This document shows, in pieces, positions 50,652 through 63,006 of a stretch of DNA of 64,000 nucleotides. The first letter of the stretch is position 1; each line of letters opens with the position of its first letter. This stretch comes from Chara braunii. Lineage: Eukaryota; Plantae; Charophyceae. The stretch is taken from positions 1,669,800 to 1,733,799 of the forward strand of contig BFEA01000015.1 in the NCBI GenBank assembly GCA_003427395.1, given 5' to 3'. The translations under genes were made by a program, and so were the position numbers. A model generated the notes under the pieces. It was not told where the DNA came from. It was given only the letters and a program-made list of their open reading frames with translations, and did no database searches.

Positions 50652-51943
50652 TTCTTCTACTTGTTCTTCTTCTCCTCCTCCTCCTCCTCCACATCCTTCC
50701 CCTGCTACCATCGCCTTCTGCACGTGTAGCTGTCAAGGCTGCTTTTTCTTCGACTTCTCTCCTCCTCCTCCTCCTCCCCCTCCTTCTCCTCCTCCTCCAC
50801 CACCTCATCCTGCTTCTACTTCATCCTTCCCATCGCCTTCTGCACGTGTAGCTGTTAAGGCTCTGCTTCTTCTTCTTCTTCTTCTTCTTCTTCTTCTTCT
50901 TCTTCTTCTTCTTCTGCTGCTGCTGCTGCTTTCTCCTCTTGCACACTGTGATCTTCTGGTATCCTTTCTTCGCCTTCTTCTTCTTCTTCCTCTTCCTTCT
51001 TCTTCTTCTTCTTCTTCTTCTTCTTCTTCTTCCTTTGCCATCACCTTCTGCTCGTGCATCTGTTAATGGTGCTTTTCTTTCGACTGCTTGTTTTCTTCTT
51101 CTGCTGCTGCGTCGCCTCTACCAACTCCTTGTGCTGCTTCTTCCTTTAGATGTTGTTTGACCTATTTTCGACCTACCGTCTTCACCCAAATAGAACGCCC
51201 GGTCATTACAGCTGTATCTAGACCGAAAGTTACACCAAATACAGCTATAATGACCGGGCGTTCCATTTGGGTGAAGACGGGTAGTTATCTTGTAGTGACG
51301 TTGCAATTATTATTACCTTCTTCTAATTTGTGTTTTGGTTCCCTGGGAACACGTCGCACAATATTCGGAGAAACAAACAAAAAGAAAAAGAAAAAGAAAA
51401 AAAAAAAAAAAACGTTCCCATTCACTACTCGCTCCTTGGAGTTCTCTCTGAAGCTCCTGGACTTCTTACACCTGAGCTGGCGCCAACGGGTGACAAAAAT
51501 TATAAAAAAAGTCAAAAAACAAATCCCTTTTTCTCTCTGAAGTCCCTTGTGATTGGTTTCATACAATTAGCAAAACCTTCTCCAAAAAAAAAAAAAGAAA
51601 TCGATTACTGTTTTCATCGCGCCCAAGCGAGAGAGAGAGAGAGAGTGCAGGAAAAGAGCAGCGCCATTTTTTACCCTTTTTTTTTTTGCCACAGCTGGCA
51701 TTTAAGTTTTATTGGGGGGCGGGGGGTAATATGCGACGATCTGCACCGCACCACTTGCCAAAATGTCATCGTTCTGAACGTATCCAGACCAACGTAGTGA
51801 TCAGATTCATTCAGGATGTTGGCGTCTCGCGAGTCGTGCGGCGAGACCCTATCTATGCCTCATCCACCAAATCAGGATCATACCCTTCGGGGATATGAAC
51901 CCGTGTCCTGAAATCCAAATAGACGGGCGAGAATAAATTACGA

Positions 51944-52062
51944 GTCCTTCGGGACATCCGTTAAAATTGGAACGATACAGGAATGAAGATTAGCAAATGG
52001 CCCCTGCGCAAGGATGACACGCATAAATCGAGAAATGGTCCACAAAAAAAAAAAAAAAAAAA
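51944..52062 (+). pseudogene. U6: Full-length U6 retrocopy with poly(A)
   Basis: GTCCTTCGGGACATCCG...GAGAAATGGTCCAC plus A19. Small indels in the ACAGAGA box and ISL. No USE/TATA. Confidence 0.9.
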
Positions 52063-52524
52063 TCAACATGGAGATAACGGGATTCCTGATTTCGAAACAA
52101 ACGGACGAGAATGAATTACACCATGGAGATAACGATAACGGATTTGCGGCAGAGGAAGAATCTGTGGCCATCAAAGGTGTAGCACAGGAAGATTGAACGG
52201 CGGGGGGGGGGGGGGGGGGGGGGGNNNNNNNNNNNNNNNNNNNNNNNNNNNNNNNNNNNNNNNNNNNNNNNNNNNNNNNNNNNNNNNNNNNNNNNNNNNN
52301 NNNNNNNNNNNNNNNNNNNNNNNNNNNNNNNNNNNNNNNNNNNNNNNNNNNNNNNNNNNNNNNNNNNNNNNNNNNNNNNNNNNNNNNNNNNNNNNNNNNN
52401 NNNNNNNNNNNNNNNNNNNNNNNNNNNNNNNNNNNNNNNNNNNNNNNNNNNNNNNNNNNNNNNNNNNNNNNNNNNNNNNNNNNNNNNNNNNNNNNNNNNN
52501 NNNNNNNNNNNNNNNNNNNNNNNN

Positions 52525-52555
<31 letters not shown>

Positions 52556-52753
52556 AAAAAACGCGCACACACACAGACAAACATACACACATTACAAATG
52601 ATTAAACAGTTATTTATTTGTAATAATAATCTACCTGTTAAAAATATAGCGAATGAAACATACGATTATTTAGACAAACAAAAGAGTTTGTTATTATTAT
52701 ATAATTTATATTACGCTATTGATGCAGACAAAATTGCACATTTTCTCAACAGT

Positions 52754-52787
<34 letters not shown>

Positions 52788-53496
52788 TTTCAACCTCCTG
52801 ATGAGTTGGTGAAAGTCAGAGGGAACAATCTGGCACAGTCATGGCTTTTTTCTGTGTGTAAAGTTTGTATATATACATGTATGTATGCATCCACATCATG
52901 CCCATCGACAATCGAGCAAGCCAAATAAAGCCCCAGATCTATCCATAACAACCATCGCAAATAGGGCAAGCAAAAATAACGGCCCATCATCCCGACCGCA
53001 TAGAAGTTAAACATATGTATCGATCCCGTTCAATCGCGATGACGAGGCGTTGCCTTCGAGAGAACAAGCGTAGCCAATAGCCAATTACAATTGAGAGCGT
53101 AAGACACATTTTACCTTGTGGGCTCCGAACAAAACACCCCATCATCACACAACGGCATCGGATCTGGACAGGAATAAGATGAGGCCGTACCGTTCGAAGG
53201 AAGACTCACTCGGGCAATTGTCGATGGCTTTGGTAGTCTGCAGATAGACGTAACCATAGCCAAAGACTAGCAATAACCATGGGAGAATGGGATTGATCCA
53301 GATACTAACGGTAGCCATACTCATCGACTATTGGGATAGCAAGAAGAGACCACCGTCTTCATCCGAATAGAACGACCGGCATTATCGCTGAACCGCTCTA
53401 CTTGCGGCAACTTTCAGTGCAGATGCAGCGATAATGACCAGCGTTCTATTAGGGTGAAGACGGAAGTCATATCCATATCTACCGTATCTTGCCATC

Positions 53497-53549
<53 letters not shown>

Positions 53550-53648
53550 CCTACCTACCTAGCTATATATATAGCCATCAAGTCAGATCTATCTATCTAT
53601 CTATCTTAGCATGCTATCTATCTGCCTATCTGTCCATCTATCTGTCTG

Positions 53649-53717
<69 letters not shown>

Positions 53718-53770
53718 TTGTCTATCTATCCATCTATTTAGCTAACTAGCTAGCTAGATAGCTAGCTAGG
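53497..53770. repeat. (ATCT)n microsatellite
   Basis: Direct reading. Many other (CT)n, (GT)n, (TA)n and (CTT)n tracts occur across the window. Confidence 0.95.
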
Positions 53771-53800
53771 TATATACATAGCCATCAACAATTCCGTTTA

Positions 53801-53904
53801 CAGTCTTCCCCGAATACAACGTACGGTCATTATAGGTGAATTTGGTGTATCTTTCAGTCCAAATTCAGCTAAAATCACCGTACGTTGTATTCGGGGGAAG
53901 ACTG
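53801..53904. mobile_element. ~105-bp hairpin MITE
   Basis: TA TSD. 27-bp perfect TIR CAGTCTTCCCCGAATACAACGTACGGT. Confidence 0.9.
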
Positions 53905-54228
53905 TAGTTATAGTCATAAAACATTGAGAACCATTCTTCACTCTCATGATACACCGCACCAAACAGTTCATGTGGTCCATGCCGTACCCTACTACTCCAT
54001 CCATGTGCTATCCTTTCCTTTCCTTTTTCCCTATTCGGCGGAGGGAAGGGGACGGAAATAAAACCTTGGGCCTGCGGCAGCTCCTCATTCTGGGGAGCAG
54101 GCACTGCTGTCTGCTCACTGTTTCGCTGTGTCCTCTGCCTCGATCCACTTTTCACTAACTACAATCTTTTCGGTCTCGGTCGTGTGATTGCTGTCCCTTC
54201 CTACTTTTCCCGCTATTATCTCAGTGAC

Positions 54229-54322
<94 letters not shown>

Positions 54323-54392
54323 NNNNNNNNNNNNNNNNNNNNNNNNNNNNNNNNNNNNNNNNNNNNNNNNNNNNNNNNNNNNNNNNNNNNNN

Positions 54393-54483
<91 letters not shown>

Positions 54484-54829
54484 TTCACACCACTCTTGCC
54501 CCTAGTTTCTCAGAGAGATCAGAAAGTTCCTCTCTCTCTCTCTCTCGCTCTCGCTCGCTCGCTCGCTCGCTCGCGTGCGCGCGCGCGCGAACACACACAC
54601 ACGGGCACACGAGGGTGTTCAAACACGAAAGAAACAAAGCCTCGTTAATAAGCAGGTGACGGATGACAGTCTGTTCATAAATCATGATTGGCGCAGTGTC
54701 AAATTTAGGGTTTGACAAAGCTTAAACGACTATTCCTAGAGAGGAAATGCCGCCGGCGCATCAGTTTAGCGCTACGGAGGCGAAGTGACTCGTCGCACAA
54801 TTCTCTGAAACAGAACCGAACCCACGTCG

Positions 54830-55515
54830 ACGCACACGTGTTCCGAATGTTTGACACGTGTTCCCACCTTGCAACACTTGTCCCCATTGTGCGACGTGTT
54901 TCCTTGCGACATGTGGACACGTGTTTCTACAACCCACTTAGGTCAAGTACCCATTGTCGGGCACGTGTTTCCCTGCTACAAGTGGACACGTGTTTCTGCA
55001 CTGCCACACGTATTCTCACAAGCGACAATTCAGGAAATGAAGAAGGAAAAACGAAAGAAAAGAAAGCAAATGAGAAACGCGAAGACGAGGACGACACATA
55101 CATGTACCTCTCGCAGCGTGGACGGAAAGGGCAGGTATAGGTAAACACGAGTAGAAGGAGAGGAGATGGATCGGTGGACGGAGGGAGGGAGGGGTGGGGA
55201 AATTGACATACGGAAGGATAGTTGGATAGTTAAGAGGATAGGATGGTGGCAGATTGGATCCGCAGGGACGGACACGTGGATGGGTGCATGTGTTGACACG
55301 TGGATGGGTGCATCCGTTCAGACGTGGACGGGTCGATGCGTTGACACGTGGCTGGATGCATTGGTTGACACGTGGACTGTGGAATGCACATGTGGATGGA
55401 GGAACCGATGGCCATGTGGATGGGTGCATGCGTTGACACGTGGATGGGTGAATGTGTTGACACGTGGACGGTGGAATGCATATCTGGATGGATGGACCGA
55501 TGGACACGTGGATGG
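54830..55515. repeat. CACGTG-rich degenerate minisatellites in DAD1 intron 1
   Basis: ACACGTGTT units at 54830-55010 and ~24-nt TTGACACGTGGATGGGTGCATGCG units at 55265-55515. Confidence 0.8.
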
Positions 55516-55669
55516 AGGTAATAGAAGGATGGAGACGATTGAATTCCTGTGGACAAGACCAGATCTACTTGCTCAAGTTCATTGCATCGAGACGGATAGA
55601 GCGGCACCGACAAAAACAGGCCAAAGAAAGGGATGCAGAATGGACGAAGATAGGAACGAAGGGGCGAAC

Positions 55670-55747
55670 CTTAAGCTTCGCTGGAGTCTTGCCATATTCG
55701 GTCGAGAAGGACGAAACAACGGCCGTCATATCTCCGAGGAGCCCCAT
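55670..55747 (-). CDS. DAD1: DAD1 first coding exon
   Basis: ATG...AAG|gttcgc, translating MGLLGDMTAVVSSFSTEYGKTPAKLK. Ends at the conserved plant DAD1 'TPxxLK' exon boundary. Confidence 0.9.
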
Positions 55748-56833
55748 GGTTAACAGCTGAGCTAACGCGGAGTGTATGGCCGCCAAGCAGAGCTTGCAAA
55801 AAACACCGAAGTTGCCGATTTCCTCCCTGGATGTACAAACGCCCGCCTTTTCTCTCTCTCGCTCAACGCTCAACAATCAACAAAGCTACCACCTTCCTCC
55901 GCTTTCCTTCCTCGCAAGCACCCCCCTTTTATCAATCGACGCAGGTGCGATCTCGGTCAACGTTGAGAGCAGAGGCAGAGAGGTGTCATCGATAACGACC
56001 AGCGCTGAGAGCAGAGGCAAAAGGTGTCCCGCGCCGTGCAAACAGAGCGATGCTTCCAAAGGCGGGGACTTGGGACAACCTGCCACGTCCGCTGCAATTG
56101 TCTCTCCCTGCTGGGCGAGCATAAGCTGTCGTCTCCCGTGGAACACCTTCCGTGGGCGGGCAAGACACCCTGCGGCTGGCCTCCCGCGTTGTTTTTCCGT
56201 CGGAACCCTCAGACATTGCTTCGCCCGCCAATTTTTTTCGTCACAGGAACGGACCGCCGTCCTCGGTCAGTTGGGACACCCACGAACTCTTGTAATGCCG
56301 ACCTGTGTTCGAATCTGTAGAGAACAAGATGAATGGACTTTGTGAATTTCCTGGGGTCGGTCAGTTTGACAAGATCTCAATGGCGAGGACCCGCGGTCCT
56401 CGGACCCTTCGAGGAGTCAAGAGAAGGCGGACCGAAAGGGTTTTTCTTTTTTTTTTTTTTCTTTTTTTTTTTTTTTTGGAAACTCCATGGCCCCACCCAA
56501 CAGGTCCTTGGGCGAGTTGCAAAAAACGCCGCAAAACACGCCACCAATGGGTCTAGCTACCCGTCTCCCGATGAAGATAACGCACCCTCAAAATCTCAAA
56601 GTATACAAGGAATGTTTCCGGCTGGGATACAGTCAGAATGAGGGTGCGTTGTGTTCAGGAGGAGACGAGTAGTTCGATAACGCACGGAAGTTGCATTCAG
56701 AAGGTCATAGCTCTCTTCTTCTTAAAAATAAAAAAAATAAAAAAAAAGGTCATAGCTTCGAGTCACCATGCCCTCGTGCGCACCTATCCATCCTTTGTGC
56801 TTTGCCATCTGCAGATGCCCTTGGTACCTCCTA

Positions 56834-56938
56834 CCGTCTTCCCGCGAACATAACGCACCCTAAAAATGAATGTATACAAGCTATATTTCCGGTCAAATAC
56901 AGCCAAAATAAGGGTGCGTTGTGTTCGGGGGAAGACGG
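56834..56938. mobile_element. ~105-bp hairpin MITE upstream of DAD1
   Basis: TA|CCGTCTTCCC...GGGAAGACGG|TA. Confidence 0.85.
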
Positions 56939-57179
56939 TAGCCAGCAGGACAGCAGGACGTTATATGACCCAAAACAATTCCCTACCACACACCCCTAAT
57001 GTGAGTCAAACAACTGCAGGCTATGGTGACAGAAGGTCGCCAGCAGACAAGGCAGGCATGATCAGTGAGGCAGACAAGCTGAAGCAGGGAAAGGAGAACA
57101 CCCACTGTTATTTCGTGTAAGAGGAATGGGCAGGCAAGTGGGATCGCAAGATAAAGCGGACATAGAATCACATGGAGAA

Positions 57180-57850
57180 ATAGACAAGCAGTGTACCATG
57201 GAATTACATACCACCCTCCTAACAGTAGTCTCCAAGAAGCCCCAACAAACCGCCTAAGAAATCTGATCCTAAGGTTCATCGACCTCTCCTCCCAAATCAG
57301 TTTGATATCGAATAGGGACATACAAGACACGGTCCTGCACATAAGCAAAGTCCTAGAAGAGCAAGGCAGAATAAGAATGTTGTCCTTCGGGACATCCGTT
57401 TAAATTGGAACGATGCAGAGAAGATTCGAATGGCCCCTGCGCAAGGACGACTCAGACATGCATGAATAGAGAATAAGGATGTTGTAACCCTGATCTTTAT
57501 TGACTTTGGCAAAGGCCTATGACCAGCTCAACTGACTATTGTTAGACCTTGTTGAGAAGGATGAACTTGGGGAAAACCTTCAGAGAACGGGTGTTGGTGC
57601 TTCAACACAAAGCCATTATTAGGGTGCAAGTCAAAGACCTACTAGCCCTTGAGTTCCCATCCAGTGCTAGATGAGACAAGGGGAACTCTTGGAATCCCCC
57701 CTTTTCGTCATGGTGTTGAAAGCCTTGGCAATCAACTGAAGAGAGAAGAAAAATATCAAAGGTGTAAGCGTAGCAAGCCTCTCGAATGATGTGATTCCCA
57801 TTAGCTCCCCCTGTGTCAACGACCTGATAATCATTGCACAAGTAATAAAA
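57180..57850 (+). pseudogene. LINE (L1/Tx1-like) reverse transcriptase remnant
   Basis: Frameshifted motifs NRLRNLI...QISLISNRDIQDTVL, LIFIDFGK-AYD, RQG...SPLF and IKGV. Confidence 0.75.
57382..57469 (+). pseudogene. U6: U6 retrocopy inserted in the LINE remnant
   Basis: U6 nt 1 to about 68 followed by a degenerate tail. 14-bp TSD AGAATAAG(A/G)ATGTT (57368-57381, 57470-57483). Confidence 0.9.
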
Positions 57851-60800
57851 GCGAACATGGCAAGGTCAAATTCCTTTTGAACCAGGTTTGTACCCTCTTT
57901 GACATGCTGGTCAATAGGGGCAGAAAAACCGAGGGATGGTGGATAGCATTCCAAAAGGGTAGACCATCAGCGCACCCGGGAATCCAGTGTGTTGCTAAAT
58001 GATCCTATCCGAAAGCAAACTCTGCCCCAAGCAGAGGGGTCAATGTATCCCCCGATGTTTAAGCTACCCTCTTGAAACACCATAAATCACCCATATTCAA
58101 AAGGGTCGTGACATGAAATAATATAGCCCAACGTCTCTACACTACTGCTCGGTCGATGGAGTGCCTTCTTGAAATAGAGGTATTGTTTATTTGAAACCCC
58201 TTTTGGCCTAACCATGAGGCTCACTATGCTATCAACGTACCTACCAAAGAATGATCTTGGGCATCACCATGCTATCAACAGTGGCCTGAAATATTGTTAT
58301 TCATATGATGGCACAAAAATACCTCTTCATTCTCAATCAAACTTCCGAGTTAAACGACTTTGAGTTAAAGTGTTTTTGCAAGCTTCTCCTTAGCCCACTG
58401 ACTGTATCGCGGTCACTAATGCTATAACGAAACACAACAATGGTCCCGTAATCAACTAATGGAGTAAAAAATTTTACATAGCTAATGGCACAATGTTGTT
58501 CCATTTGGAAGGTGGCTAGGTCCACTAGACCAAGCAACTCTTTGTGTAACTATATTCAACAATTGATTTGGAAATGTGCCTAGTACCTCGGAGTCAACTC
58601 ATAGAAGTATGTTATCTACAATAAGGGGTTTGGTGTGTTTCTGAAGGTGAGCACATAGATTGTCCTTAGTCGATTGGTCCTTGAGGGTGGTGTGGGCCTA
58701 CAGTCTACAAAATACTTTATATGTGGTGTGAGTTGATGATAGTCAACATTAACCCTTGTTGTATATGAGGGTTGTTGTGTAGGTACTTTCATCTTGCCTC
58801 CGTTGCATGTGTTTCTTCTTGCCTTGTGGCGTTTTTTTTGGCTTTGTCACATGCCCATCTACCTGTTTTTTTATCCTTTTACCTCCCTACTATGCTGACC
58901 CTATTACTGATTTGTGCACCAGTTGACATTTTTCCACTAGTAGCTGACTCGGGAGGGTTAGGTTGAAAATAGTGGTACCCTGTTTTTTTTTTTTTTAATT
59001 TCATGCAACGATAATAATACCAAACCTTACAATTTGTTGACCTCACACCGGAAGAACAACGATCTGTTAGTCAATGTAGACCAAATATTGCTCCTTATCA
59101 AAAGGTTGTCTTAAGACCATTTTGTGACACATGAGGCGGTCAAATACCTCTCACCATAGTTTTTTTTTGTTTTTGTTTTTTTTAACTTTAATAATTCAAG
59201 TAAATTTGTTTGTCCCCCTGCTTGCCTGCCCCCCCCCTCGTTTATATTGGATCATATTGATTCCTTTGCTTGTTATCCTTCAAGTTATTGTTTCCCTTCA
59301 CCTAGTGTTGTCCCTCTTTATCTTCATCCATCTCATAGGAGACGACAAGTAAAGATGATGAGAGGTGTATGATCAAATGCGAAAAGGATGGGCAAGTAGG
59401 GAACGTATACTAGTGACAAATAGGTAACTAAATTGTGTCAAAGACATCAGAATGGTTTCTAACATAGTGTGAAAATATACGCGGGATGTATGGTCCTCCC
59501 TCTCAACCTCAACCCCTCATTGGTGGGAGGTGTGACTCTAGTTAAGTCATGGCAAATACCATATGGTTAAGCTGAACGGATACGTTAGAATGGGCACGGC
59601 TCAGCAAGAATGCATAAATGGGGAAAAAAATGCTTCATATATTTATCCTTGATTATTTGACATTATGCAAAGGTCATAACCTCGAGAGTTTCACCCTTCG
59701 CAGGTGAAGGGAAAAACACTGTTGTGTTATATAAAGTGAGATAGAGGAGGTGGATCTCATAGATGAGATACCACTTCATGATATTCATATTTTCATAAAA
59801 AAATATATATATGTTTGTTTCATTTCGTAATATAAAAAACATATGTGAGAGATCTTGGGTTTACGCCACTTGACTTAACAAACTCACACTCAGCTCTACG
59901 TGTTAACCAAAACTTATGTAAGTATTTGCAATGCTTTAAGGCGCATATCCAAAATGTAGATAAGGGTTAGGCTTTGTGCATAATGTTGGGTGAGGAAGAA
60001 AAAAAACAAGCTCAAAAGTTTATACCACCTTTACTTATAGTCTTATTTCTCCCAATACAACGAAGCGAAGCAACACACTACATTTTTTTAAATACTCGAT
60101 GATGACATTATCCAAACATATTCAGTAGGTTGAAACCCGAGGGACTTGATGCATGACATTCGGCGTCGGAGAAAAAACTTTCAAACGTGTGTCAGTTAAC
60201 ATGCCAACCATTTCATAGATGTAAAGTTTGTCTGCACCAAGTTTAATTTATTCATGATAAATCATTGTACCACTACTACCACATACTATATAGTACGAAA
60301 AGGTAGTGGTGGTTTAAACACACGGGGGGGGGGAAAAAATGTTACTTTGACAATCATTATTATGGGTTGTGCAGTATTCGATGGTATTGGTGGGGAGCGA
60401 CGCCAGATGACCAATTTCATTGTTACATATATGTCGTTACAACTCTCAACCCTTGATAAATTGTCAATGCATTATTATATTGAGTATGTTTGGGAGTTAA
60501 GCAACATCAAGATCCGCAACGAAATTATGTGTCACGTCGCTTTTTTTATTAAGTCAACCATCATCCAAGCATACCACTATCGGTAGATAAGGAGACATTT
60601 TTTATCTTAAACCACCACTACCCCCAAGCCTGTTTTTTTCAACCTTGATTTTCACTACGCACGGAGTTCTGCTGAGCCTGGGGACCGCTGTGTTTCTTTT
60701 CTGGTACTCTTATGAAAATGAAAAAAAAAAAACACGGTCATACTTATAAAAAAAACATACTCACAACCACAAAAAGGAAAAAGAAAAAAACAAACACCCC

Positions 60801-61503
60801 TTAGAACATGATACAAGGTAGATACCTGCCCCAAAGTTATTGTGTGAGTATGCCCTCAGTGAGGGCGTTACAACAGAAGTGTCAGGTCCACTAAAAAAAG
60901 GAAGATAAAAACAAAAACAATTCAGGGCGAAAAAGCGGGTCCATACATAATGCAAAGTTGTATTGTGGGCATGTCCTCCTTCACAAAGTGTTAGCAGCCC
61001 GTGGACTGCGCCATACCGCCCTGGAAGGGCAAGTAAAAAAAAATAAAAAATAAAAATAAAACGTCAGTAACGAAAACCGGAGACATGTCATAATCGTAGT
61101 TAGATACTTTCTTGTGAGCATTGGCGTGAGCACAACTTCACGCATGGCCTTCTCGGACTTGATCTATTGTTTTTCTTTTTGCTTTTGAAACAGGCCAATA
61201 AGGTCCAACTGTCGAGCCTCTGCAGACCCCCAAAAAGTTCGGAAAAACTCTGAAAACAACCAATTTTTCCATTTTTTCCAAGAGTGATAGAGATAGTGGT
61301 GGTTTAAGAGAACGATGGTTATTTTTTTTTTAAGCAAAGCGTAAGAAAATTTGACTGTGTCAGAAACACCACAAAGGTTACTCAGGTTGGAGAGAGATGG
61401 CATCAGCGGTCATCTCGCATACTTCGCAGATCACTTGTTACGACCTACGTAGCAATTGTGAACCCGAACACAAACTAGCGCCTAAGGCCCCCCGAACGCA
61501 AAC

Positions 61504-61585
<82 letters not shown>

Positions 61586-61591
<6 letters not shown>

Positions 61592-62920
61592 TACCTAACC
61601 AAACATCCGGCGGCCCCCAGGTTGGGGGCCGAACACCTCTAGGTTCGGCCCCGCCAAAAATTGTTTTGGGGCCTAAAAATAGGTTTTGTTTTCTGAAGTT
61701 TTTTTTGTGAGTTCTCTATGATGTAACCTACACGTCTATAAATTTTGAAGCCATCTGCTAAGCCAAAAAAACATTAAATATCGTCAACGATCTGGGTGTC
61801 AAAACGTGCTCGCCCACTCACTATTTTGATTTTTTTCACTTTTAGCTTTTTGTTTTCACTTTATTTCGGAACCTAAAAAAAAATTATTATTTTTTGAAAA
61901 AACATTAATGAGTTATTGATTATGTAAACTATATATCTGTAAATTTTCAGGGCATTTGTCAAGGCCAAAAAATAATTAAAAATCAGCAAGATGGCGGTGT
62001 CGAAAAGGTGCTGGCACACTCACTCATTTAAATTCTCTTTTTATTTTTTCTTATCTTTATGATAGTGTTTATTTTCTGTATTTAATTGTTTTATCAAATT
62101 TGGTCAAGAATTTGGATGTAGTGCCCAGACAAATGTTGTTTAGTTTATTTTTCTCCATAACATTTTTTGTTTTCAGAATTTTTAGAAAACTTGTTTTTTC
62201 TGGTCCGCGTTCGGCCCGAACGGCCGAACGCCTTCCAAAGGGGTCCCGTACGTTCGGGCGTTTGGGTTCGGGCGTTCGGCCCGTCCCGAACGATGGCAAC
62301 CCTACGGGCGTTCGGGGTCCCGTACGGGGTCCGAACCCGACGGCGTTCGTCCCCCGCCAAGAATTATTTCGGGGCCTAAACATATATTTTTTTTTTTTGT
62401 GTGAGTTCTCTATGACGCGAGGTACATGGCTGTAAATGTTGAAGTCATTTGGCTAAGCCAAATAAGAATTAAAAATCGCCAAAGATGGCGGTGTCAAAAC
62501 GTGCTTGCCCATGTATTTTTTCACTTTTTACTTTTTATTTTCACTTTAGTTCCGGATCTAAACAATTTTATGATTTTCTGAAACTTTTTTAGTAGGCTTT
62601 GTATTATGTGAAGTACACATCTGTAAATTTTCAGGGCATTTAGCTGTGCCCAAAAAAAATGAAAAATTGCCAAAGATGGCGGTGTCGAAAACATGCTCTC
62701 GCACTCACTAAATTTAATTCTTTTTTTATTTTTATTATTAGTATTTATTTTCCATATTTTTTTTTTTTTTCAAATTTGGTAAGAAATTCGGATGAAATGC
62801 TCTAGCAAATCTTGTTTAATTTATTTTTCTCCATAACATGTCGTTTTTTCAGATTGTTTTGATGAGTTTTTTTTTTTTTTTTTTTTTTGGGTCCGCGTTT
62901 GGCCCGTCCCGAACGCCGGT

Positions 62921-63006
<86 letters not shown>

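Noticed and set aside
51944-52042. U6 copies as functional U6 genes
   Set aside because: No USE/TATA, A-tails rather than a clean oligo-T terminator in most, and indels in catalytic motifs.
53115-53240. AG...GT-bounded 49-nt and 28-nt segments as DAD1 exon 2
   Set aside because: Wrong length and phase, and no similarity to the expected DAD1 peptide.
59560-59632. Possible eighth, very decayed U6 copy
   Set aside because: Only scattered short matches, not supportable by eye.
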